Shown one piece after another: positions 1 through 7,151 of a stretch of 7,478 bases of DNA. The position numbers and the translations under genes were made by a program. A model generated the notes under the pieces. That model was not told the origin of the DNA. It did no database searches and saw only the letters and a program-made list of their open reading frames with translations. The DNA comes from Amoebophrya sp. A120 (taxonomy: Eukaryota; Protista; Dinoflagellata), in NCBI GenBank assembly GCA_905178155.1, contig CAJINV010000100.1, forward strand, positions 1 to 7,478. Reading direction: 5' to 3'. How positions within the stretch are numbered: the stretch's first letter is position 1; the number at the start of each line of letters is the position of its first letter.

Positions 1-30
1 TTCCAGACCCAGACATATTTGCACTTGATA
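1..30. mobile_element. Right TIR of a family A introner/MITE (partial, continues upstream of the window)
   Basis: TTCCAGACCCAGACATATTTGCACTTGATA matches the family A right end. Confidence 0.9.
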
Positions 31-383
31 CACAACGTCTCTCTGCAAGACTTGGTGAAACTTCTCTCCATCGCGTACTTCCCGTACGAGAGCGACAAGG
101 CACTCCACGCCGCGGTCCAGGATGAATTCACGCAATTTGACCACAGCAGCCCGGAAGTGACGGCCAACAGTACCACTACACAGAGCGGCACGGGTAATCG
201 ACTTCTAAATCAGCCCGAACAGATTTCCTCCCGGTCGCCATCTAAATTGTCGGAAGCGAGCGTGAAAAGCGACAAAACAACAAGCTCATCGACCACGAGC
301 GCGATTTCTGCCAAAACCTTGAATCTCCTCCGCACACCGACGAAGAAAGAGAGAACCCAGGCGCTGCTCCGGTTCCGCGAAGT
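31..383 (+). CDS. ovoA: ovoA exon: N-terminal extension, Ser/Thr-rich linker and start of the OvoA core (HNVSLQDLVKLL...TLNLLRTPTKKERTQALLRFREV)
   Basis: Open frame between two TIR elements; joins in frame to 644 (FREV|LKHQFLQTFNIYERLF). Confidence 0.8.
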
Positions 384-3300
384 TATCAACTGCAAATATG
401 TCTGGGTCTCGAAGAAGGCAAGATTTTTCATCCTCAGCTAGCATGATTCTCAAGTCTGTCATGCACGTTACCCAAGAGCCTCGCTTTTCTGTCATGCGGA
501 AACGCAGTTTGTCATGCAGAATAGACTACAGTCCGACCACATCAGAAACTTGTCATGCTGGAACGGCACTTGCGGCACCCTAATCATTCGCCAAACAGCA
601 TCACAAGTTTCCAGACCCAGACATATTTGCAGTTGATAGAAGTGTTGAAGCACCAATTCCTGCAGACCTTCAACATCTACGAACGGCTTTTCTCCACCAT
701 CGCGACCTATCATTTGTAAAAACGTCCCCACACCAGGGTTGTCATGCAGATTTGCAACGACAGGAACATTTGTGATGCGCATCTCCATGAAAGGTATTTT
801 TAGTCGTGTTTTGGAATTTGTAATGCTGTAACCAGGATAGGCCGATGGATTTGTGATGCGTTTGTCCTTGCTACCCTGCACTTCACTACGAACTCCAACT
901 TGTGATGCGTGAGAACCAAAACTTCTAGGTTTGTGTTGCAAAGTCCCCATCTTGACTCTGTCGTGGGGACGTTTTTCCTTTTGATACGACCCCCGGACTG
1001 TTCTACCGCGCGGAGCGGTTGCGACACCACTTGATTTTCTATCTCGGCCACACTGCGGTTTTTTACTGGAACAAACTGATCTCCGCTGGCTGGGTGTGTG
1101 CGAACCAGCGCTTGCACGAGAAATTTGAAGCGATTTTCGCAGTGGGGGTGGACGAAATGAGCTGGGACGACCTGTTGGAAGATAATTACGACTGGTGCGG
1201 GTTTTCGGTGGAGCAGCAAGAGAACTATCGGAAGGAAGTGGAACAGTACAGGGCTTCCGTGCGGGAAGAGGTGTGTCGCCTGATCGACGAGTACGTGCTG
1301 GAGGAAGATATCACTGTTGGTCGGACGAATCCACGGACTGCACCAGATGAAAACAACACCTCTTTCCTCGCCTTTCAACCGGACGAACGGACTGTGGAAA
1401 AAAAGAACAGCAACATGAAAAAACCACATCAGCTATCAATTGCAAATATGTCTGGGTCTGGAAACTCGTGATGCTAAAATGTGCATGATGGAACAACTTC
1501 CGAATGCAGACCAGCATGACAACTTTCCGAAGCACTTTCTGATATGCTGCCCGCATGAGAAACTGCGTTTTTGCATGACAAAAATGGGTGCGGCTTTTGT
1601 CGGTTATGCAATACAGATTTCCCGGGAATGTAAAGCTAGCATTACAAGTTCCAACTTTCCAGACCCAGACATATTTGCATTTGATATCAGCAAGTGCGCG
1701 ACAACGCGCCACTGTTAAAGGCGACTTGCGGGAAACTCGTGTCGGAGTACATTTTGAAGTATCAAAAGGAAAAATCCCCCCTCCCCATATCAAAACGAAA
1801 TTTCTGATGCTGGATTTGGATACACAAATCAAATTTGTGTTGCAGTAGAGGAATGCACGCAGATCCTGAGCCTAGGCGGGGGCCTTTTGGTGTAGGCGCC
1901 TAGCATAGTAGACGGCTACCTTGTAGGCCGCAGAGCATTACAAATCGCCTGCATAACGTGGCGGCCAGCCTGAGTGTGCCTGCTTGCAAGACAGACCCGA
2001 TTTGTGGTCACAAATCAGCAACACAAATTATCGGAAACATACCTTTTCGATATGGGGAGAGGGGATTTTTCCTTTCGATATAAAGTACTGCACAACTACG
2101 TCCGCTACCAGCAACTTAGGTGGTGGAACCAACAACGCCCCCCTTGCGAAGCAGTTGCAAAATACCATGATCTGGATTCTGCTGATGGGCGCCGAGCACG
2201 AAAAGATCCACCAAGAAACCAGCTGCCCCATCCTGTCCCAGATGCCCTTGCAATACTTGAACAAGACACACCGGTGGCTGTACCCGATGGCAGAAGTCAA
2301 GACAAGTTCGTCCTCTTACTACGAAAGATCCGGCAACCCGCTGGTGCCCGTGAAAATGACGAGCTTGCTGAACACGGAGGATGAAGAACCCGCGGTGCAG
2401 CTCAGGTTCGGGAAAAACCACCTCGAATCGGATTTCTACGGGTGGGACAACGAGTTTGACAGTGAGCAGGCGAGTTTGTTGCCGTTTCAGGTCAGCCAAA
2501 CGCTGGTGTCCAACGCGGAGTTTTTAGAATTTGTGTTGGACGACGGGTACAAAAAAAAGCACTTCTGGACGGAGGAAGGGTGGCGGTTCGTCCAGGACCT
2601 CAACGTGGACCGGCCGCGGTTCTTATGCAAGAAGAAAAGTGTGGAAGTGTGAGTCTGTAATGCATAAGTGCGTACCACAATTATCACTTGTCATGCTAGC
2701 CAGCCACGATGTCCTTTTTTCATGAGTGTTTTTGAGTACTAGCTGCGCATGACAGGATTTCTTTGTCATACAGAGCAAATTTGTCATGCAGTCATGGCAC
2801 AAGACACGTTCACTAAACACAGTTTTTTTCCTTTGGACACTTCTGGCTCGACGCGGATAACGAAGTCGAAATGCAAACCGGCCGACCGTATAAAATGTAA
2901 AAATGTCTGGGCCTGGAAGATTCCCAGGCCTGTCATGCAGATTTTCCATGATCCATGTCGTCTGGAATGCAGGACCTAGCATGACAGGTTCTGTGAGAGT
3001 TCTATCATGCCTATCCGGCATGAGAAACTGCCTCTCACTTAGATCAAAATTGGACAGCTTTTGGCATTCATGCAACACAGATTTTTGCACGATCCAGAAT
3101 TAGCATTACAAGTTGCAACCTTCCAGACCCAGACATATTTGCAGTTCATAGACCGGTGACCAGCAGCGTGACGAAAGCTGAGCTGGACCAGGTTTTACTA
3201 CAACTTGATGGTAAGAACAAAAACCACGAGCAGATGCAAAAGAAACAGGACAAGCACAAAAATTTCGTCTACCGGGCCATGCTCTCCATCATCCCCATGC

Positions 3301-6300
3301 CGTGGGACTGGCCGGCGGAGGTCAACTATGCACTGCAAATCTGTTTGGTGTTCTGGAACAATGCTTAAATTTGTCATGCCTTTCTAGCATGACAACTCTG
3401 AGGTTTCTTATGCCCTCTTGCCTGTCATGCAAAAACGCACTCTCGTCCCAACATGCGGAATTCGCAAAACATCAGAAATTTGTGATGCGTGGCTGCATTT
3501 TCAAGTACGCTCATCAATCGCAGACTTGCATCACAAGTTCGTCCCAGACCTAAACATTTTTGCATTTGATATGAACCAGCTCGAGGCAGCGGCGTTTTGC
3601 AAGTGGAAGGCGGAGAAATTGAGCCAGCCGGATTTGCGACTGCTGGGGCATCCAGAGCAACTGTACCTGGCGCTGCATTGCGAAAAGGGGTTTGGGAAGA
3701 ACGCAAATTTAGCAGGTTTTGCGTCGCCGACCAGCGTGAATGTGCACTATGGGTACAGCAATTGTAGTACACCGTCGGAGGTGGATTCATCATCGTCAAA
3801 TAACCCGAAAGAGAAAAAAACGAAAATCTACGACATTGAGGGGAATGTTTGGCGGCACTCGATCTCCGTACTCACCCTAATGGACGGGTTTCAGCCGCAC
3901 ATTGCCTACGACGATTTTACCCTCCCTACCATTGATGGGGAGCACAACTTTATCGCAAGAAAAACTGTCTCAGTCTCAAAACTTTGCAGACGCAGCAATA
4001 CAAATTTGCCAAGCAAGAAACAAAAAATCTGTGATGCGTTCAAACATCAAGGGATAACACGTAAGGAAGGACGTCTTTCTTGATGCATTTCCGGCATGAC
4101 AAAAAACTGTCTCAAGGAAGTTGCGCATTACAGCTTGAGAGTGAGTAGACTGTGACAGTTTTTTCTCGCGACAAGTTTTATCCTGGGCGGGTCCTGGACC
4201 AGTATTGGAAACTGCGCGAACCCGGGGTCCAGGTACGGGTTCCGCCGGCACTTTTACCAGTACGCAGGGATCCGATTCTGTAGCGACTTCGGCGGGAAAA
4301 ATCTGCCGGTACTTCTTGTTTTTCGTACGAACTTCTCGATGTAAGTTGTAGCCATTTTATACGGAGGACCTTTCGTCCAGTACAACGACCCACATGAGCT
4401 ATTCAAACTATTGTGTTCATAATTCACATTTTTGGGAACGACCGTTTAATTTGATGTTGATCACACGAGACAAAGCAGAAGAAACAACTTTTCACGGTCT
4501 TCTTCCACCTATCCCCTACGAAAAACCTCTCGTGGTCTTGCAATAAAAGGGCGAAATACTAGAAACGAGTCGGTACTAGAGTGGTGAAAGTATATGTGCT
4601 TGTCTCGCGCAAAAATACAGAGGCTTCATTTGTTCGACCTTCTCTCACCAAAAACAGATGATCCACACGTCTGCACCCAAGATCCACGCGGCGACCCCGC
4701 TGGGCGTGAAACTTTCGGAGCACTACTACGAACTGTACGAGAGTCCAAACGCACTGCTGGGGCTGGATCAAGCCTACCTCGAACAGTACTTGCAAAAAGA
4801 TCACAAGCCGGTGTCCAACTGGCCACGGCTCTTCGGCGAGATTGCTAGCTACGTCGTCGATGCGGTGCAGCAAGGGACGAAACAGGATGAAGGAGGACCA
4901 CAGCCAATAAACACGAATAACAACACGGGTTCCCCTATCCTGAGGAAAAACGTCCCCACCCCAGAGTTGTCATGCAGATTTGCAATGACAAGGAAATTTG
5001 TGATGCGCATACCCATGGTAGACATTTCCAATCGTATTTTGGAATTTGTGATGCTGATAACAGGATAAGCAAATGAATCTGTGATGCGGCTGCACTTGCT
5101 AACCTGCACTACACTGCGGAGTGCAACTTGTCATGCGTGACTCCCAAAACTCCTAGGTTTGTGTTGCAAAATCCCCATCCTGACTCTGGTGTGGGGACGT
5201 TTTTGCTCAGGATGTCCCCCCGCCTGAAAGTCCTGGTCGCAAACGGGTCCGTCGGTCGCTGCTCGTTGGATATCACACAGAAAAAAGCAGGCAGGTCAAA
5301 CTTGTAATGCGACAATAAATAGACAAAAAAAATCTGTGTTGCATGTCCTGAACGGCATGCTACGGGGTTGCGCATGACAGATTTTACTGCGTATTCATTT
5401 TTGCATCACAAACATGCCCTGCCTGGTTTTTTCTGTGGGATATTGGAGTTGTTGAAGAAGTGCAAGAAGCTCGACGTGACCCACACGGACCCTATCGAAT
5501 GCAAATATGTCTGGGTCTGGAAGGTCGCAAGACTTGTCATGCAGGTTTTCCATGACAAATGCGGTCTGTCACATATGAACTAGCATGACAGATTCTGCGC
5601 CACCTCTATCATGCATCGTCTGCATGAGAAACTGCCTCTCAACTTGGTCAAAAGTGGGCAGTTGTTGGTAATCACGCAACACAGATTTTTGCACTATCCA
5701 GAATTAGCATGACAAGTTCCAGCGTTCCAGACCCAGACATATTTGCAATGCATAGACCCAACGGCGAATCTGCTCGCCCCGTTACAAGAGCTGTTGGACT
5801 CGGGGAAAGTGCAGTGGCGACAGACGATCGAGGGCGAGATCTGCGACCAAAGGGAGTACTTGCTGATGTCGGACGATAAAAATTCTATCACAGACGACAA
5901 CCATGGCAGCAACAGCAACACCACAAAGTCTTTTTTAGAAAAAAACGACAACACCTGCAATTTGGTTCAGATCCAAGACTACAAAACGTCATTGAACAAG
6001 CTCCCGACGAACCAGACCTTCGACATTTTACTTGCCGATTTCCGCTACACGAACTGCGAAGAAGAGCTAGCTGTTATCGTAAGGAAAAATCCCCCCTCCC
6101 CATCTTGAAAAGAAAATTTGTGATGCTGATTTGTGACCACAAATCAGCTTTGTCTTGCGTACAAGGCAAACGGCACCCATGTGGCGCATTGGAAAGCGAG
6201 TCTGTCATCCGTTTTCGCCTATGGCAGACTTGTTTCCCATGCTCATCTGCTAGCCGGGTGAGTAGTCACATGGGCTCAGAATCTGCCGGCAACCTGTTGC

Positions 6301-7151
6301 TGCAATACAAAGCTCATTTGTGTACACAAATCCAGCAACACAAATTGTCTTTTGAATATGAGGTGGAGCTTTTTTCACTTTGATAGCCGCCCTCGCCTCC
6401 CGCTGCCACGGAGTTCTACTGCTCGCGACGCTGCATATCAAATGCAAATATGTCTGGGTCTGGAAACTTGTGATGCTAAAACGTGGATGATAGAAACAGT
6501 CCCGAATGCAACCCAGCATGACAACTTTCTAGAACGCTTTCTCATAGGAAATCCGCATGAGAAACTGCGTTTTTGTATGTACAAAAGAGGCCGCGACTTT
6601 TGCTGGTTACGCAATACAGATTTCCTAGGTATCGAAAGCAAGCATTACAAGTTCCAACCCTCCAGACCCAGACATATTTGCATTTGATACTGCACAAAGT
6701 CGAGCAGCTCCCCGGGTTCGAAAAGTCGGATTTGCTGGACAGCGTCCGCGCGGAGGCCCTCGGTTTTTTCACCTCCAATGGCGACCGGGAGCCGGAAAGG
6801 ACGAAATCTATCAAATGCAAAAATGTCTGGGTCTGGGAGATCGCGAGACTTGTCATGCTACTCTGGCATGACACTGGAATCTGTGTTGCGTAGCCGCATA
6901 GAGCTCCTCTTCCTTGTCATGCAAAAACGCAGTTTCTCATGCGGAGGACGCAATTCAGAACCACGAAAAAACTTGTCATGCTTGGCAGCGCATTACAGCG
7001 TGCTCGCTATTCCTTTCCTTGCATCACAAGTTTCAAGACCCAGACATATTTGCAATGCATAAAGTCCCATTGGAGACGAATGCGGGCGAAGGGGGTGGCG
7101 CACTTGGAGAAGCAAACGATCCACAAACACCAGTTTTTCCGCAGTTACCTT
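31..7151 (+). CDS. ovoA: OvoA-family 5-histidylcysteine sulfoxide synthase, spliced, 5'- and 3'-partial; 16 exons: 31-383, 644-707, 992-1433, 1692-1759, 2086-2623, 2845-2888, 3156-3326, 3577-3950, 4179-4308, 4658-4935, 5220-5270, 5448-5492, 5760-6074, 6391-6435, 6695-6808, 7067-7151 (junctions can slide within the 5-bp TSDs)
   Basis: Joined exons total 3117 nt (1039 codons) with no stop. OvoA-like motifs appear in the expected order: LRHHLIFYLGHTAVFYWNKL, FEAIFAVGVDEMSWDDL, WILLMGAEHEKIHQETS, YGWDNEF, MPWDWPAEVN|QLEAAAFCKWK, YDIEGNVW, HIAYDDFTLPTIDGEHNF|ILGGSWTSIGN, RYGFRRHFYQYAGIRF, a methyltransferase-like region, and terminal KQTIHKHQ. Several motifs are only complete after the element is removed. 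Confidence 0.92.
384..638. mobile_element. Family A TIR introner, 255 bp, orientation F, TSD GAAGT/GAAGT
   Basis: TIRs TATCAACTGCAAATATGTCTGGGTCT and AGACCCAGACATATTTGCAGTTGATA are a perfect 26-bp pair; TSD at 379-383 and 639-643. Confidence 0.93.
644..707 (+). CDS. ovoA: ovoA exon (LKHQFLQTFNIYERLFSTIAT)
   Basis: Resembles the OvoA N-terminal F..TF..YE.LF helix; bounded by TSDs GAAGT and CGACC; missed by the ORF track. Confidence 0.85.
708..986. mobile_element. Family B TIR introner, 279 bp, TSD CGACC/CGACC
   Basis: Ends TATC..AAAAACGTCCCCAC and GTGGGGACGTTTTT..GATA; ungapped paralogue at 4936-5214. Confidence 0.93.
992..1433 (+). CDS. ovoA: ovoA exon, DinB-like domain (RHHLIFYLGHTAVFYWNKL...GVDEMSWDDL)
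   Basis: Strong OvoA signature; frame of ORF 1019..1471 up to the TIR at 1434. Confidence 0.93.
1434..1686. mobile_element. Family A TIR introner, 253 bp, orientation R, TSD TCAGC/TCAGC
   Basis: Family A TIRs; close paralogue at 6436-6689. Confidence 0.93.
1692..1759 (+). CDS. ovoA: ovoA exon (QVRDNAPLLKATCGKLVSEYILK)
   Basis: Removing the flanking elements with one TSD copy each keeps the frame between the two flanking conserved exons. Confidence 0.75.
1760..2080. mobile_element. Family C TIR introner, 321 bp, TSD TGAAG/TAAAG
   Basis: Ends TATCAAAAGGAAAAATCCCCCCTCCCCATATC and GATATGGGGAGAGGGGATTTTTCCTTTCGATA. Confidence 0.92.
2086..2623 (+). CDS. ovoA: ovoA exon with the HX3HXE non-heme iron motif (HEKIHQE, 2197-2217) and the start of the FGE-sulfatase-like domain (YGWDNEF, LVSNAEFLEFVLDDGY, FWTEEGW)
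   Basis: Frame of ORF 1984..2652; motifs typical of the OvoA/EgtB sulfoxide synthases. Confidence 0.93.
2624..2839. mobile_element. Degenerate TIR introner (family D-like), 216 bp, TSD GTTCT/CTTCT
   Basis: Imperfect ends TATGCAAGAAGAAAAGTGTG and CACAGTTTTTTTCCTTTGGACA; several TGTNATGC motifs; removal restores PRFW. Confidence 0.8.
2845..2888 (+). CDS. ovoA: ovoA micro-exon (WLDADNEVEMQTGRP)
   Basis: Restores the conserved PRFW of the FGE-like domain across the junction. Confidence 0.8.
2889..3150. mobile_element. Family A TIR introner, 262 bp, orientation R, TSD GACCG/GACCG
   Basis: Family A TIRs; same length and internal sequence type as 5493-5754. Confidence 0.92.
3156..3326 (+). CDS. 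ovoA: ovoA exon (...YRAMLSIIPMPWDWPAEVN)
   Basis: MPWDWPxEVN is an OvoA motif. Confidence 0.9.
3327..3571. mobile_element. Family A TIR introner (diverged), 245 bp, orientation F, TSD TCAAC/TGAAC
   Basis: Degenerate family A TIRs; removal restores EVN|QLEA. Confidence 0.9.
3577..3950 (+). CDS. ovoA: ovoA exon (QLEAAAFCKWK...YDIEGNVW...HIAYDDFTLPTIDGEHNF)
   Basis: FGE-sulfatase-like motifs; the Tyr of YDDF (3907-3909) is at the position I recall for the active-site tyrosine. Confidence 0.92.
3951..4173. mobile_element. Family D TIR introner, 223 bp, TSD AACTT/AGTTT
   Basis: Ends TATCGCAAGAAAAACTGTCTCAGTCT and AGACTGTGACAGTTTTTTCTCGCGACA; removal restores HNF|ILGGSW. Confidence 0.88.
4179..4308 (+). 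CDS. ovoA: ovoA exon (ILGGSWTSIGNCANPGSRYGFRRHFYQYAGIRFCSDFGGKNLP)
   Basis: GGSW and RYxFRRHFYQxAGxR close the FGE-like domain in OvoA; missed by the ORF track. Confidence 0.92.
4309..4657 (+). other. Canonical GT-AG spliceosomal intron, 349 bp, phase 0 (alternative in-frame pair 4341-4620)
   Basis: CCG|GTACTT...AAAACAG|ATG; an in-frame TAA at 4342-4344 must be removed; lower GC; no TIR, TSD or TGTNATGC motif. Confidence 0.72.
4658..4935 (+). CDS. ovoA: ovoA exon, linker and start of the methyltransferase domain (LSEHYYELY...VSNWPRLFGEIASY)
   Basis: Follows the AACAG acceptor; VSNWP corresponds to the VxNFP segment before motif I in OvoA. Confidence 0.75.
4936..5214. mobile_element. Family B TIR introner, 279 bp, TSD TCCCC/TCCCC
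   Basis: Ends TATCCTGAGGAAAAACGTCCCCAC and GTGGGGACGTTTTTGCTCAGGATG; about 80% identical to 708-986 by hand count. Confidence 0.93.
5220..7151 (+). CDS. ovoA: ovoA methyltransferase-like domain exons: 5220-5270, 5448-5492, 5760-6074, 6391-6435, 6695-6808, 7067-7151
   Basis: The spliced product reads RLKVLVANGSVGRCSLE|LLKKCKKLDVTHTDP|TANLL...IEGEI...FDILLADF...|LASRCHGVLLLATLH|...|HWRRMRAKGVAHLEKQTIHKHQFFRSYL, collinear with the class I SAM-methyltransferase tail of OvoA (VGRxSxEL, EGE, FDL, GxLIL, ETxRKFQ). Confidence 0.8.
5271..5442. mobile_element. Family E TIR introner, 172 bp, TSD TTGGA/TTGGA
   Basis: Ends TATCACACAGAAAAAAGCAGGCAGG and CCTGCCTGGTTTTTTCTGTGGGATA (23 of 25 complementary). 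Confidence 0.92.
5493..5754. mobile_element. Family A TIR introner, 262 bp, orientation R, TSD GACCC/GACCC
   Basis: Family A TIRs; paralogue of 2889-3150. Confidence 0.93.
6075..6385. mobile_element. Family C TIR introner, 311 bp, inverted relative to 1760-2080, TSD GCTGT/GCCGC
   Basis: Left end TATCGTAAGGAAAAATCCCCCCTCCCCAT; degenerate right end finishing TTTGATA. Confidence 0.88.
6436..6689. mobile_element. Family A TIR introner, 254 bp, orientation R, TSD CTGCA/CTGCA
   Basis: Perfect TIR pair of about 29 bp; paralogue of 1434-1686. Confidence 0.93.
6809..7061. mobile_element. Family A TIR introner, 253 bp, orientation F, TSD AAATC/AAGTC
   Basis: Family A TIRs; internal sequence collinear with 384-638. 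Confidence 0.92.

Noticed and set aside
492-950. ORFs lying in the elements (e.g. 492..950, 1311..1832, 1440..1718, 2623..3090, 6352..6687) with recurring CKYVWVW, MQICLGLET or FQTQTYL peptides
   Set aside because: These are translations of the TIRs in different frames; there are no transposase motifs and the elements are too short to be autonomous.
800-1429. Long minus-strand ORFs (800..1429, 2116..2499, 3425..3799, 4559..4873)
   Set aside because: They are antisense shadows of ovoA exons with no recognisable domain.
992-4308. EgtB (ergothioneine) or generic FGE-sulfatase call
   Set aside because: GVDEMSWDDL, MPWDWP, FRRHFYQ and the fused C-terminal methyltransferase are characteristic of OvoA.
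31-7151. MITE-disrupted bacterial ovoA pseudogene
   Set aside because: All exons join in frame with no stops or frameshifts and the catalytic motifs are intact despite old, diverged insertions; a GT-AG intron is also present. It is not formally excluded without transcripts.
384-7151. Ciliate IES interpretation (elements begin and end with TA)
   Set aside because: Frame restoration requires removing both terminal TAs plus one variable 5-bp repeat rather than leaving one TA, and the exons are GC-moderate and read without in-frame TAA/TAG. DNA-level excision using the 5-bp repeats as pointers remains untested.
31-7151. Codon-phase bias of insertions (TSD starts at codon position 1 in 9 of 16 cases)
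   Set aside because: The sample is too small and could reflect codon base composition.
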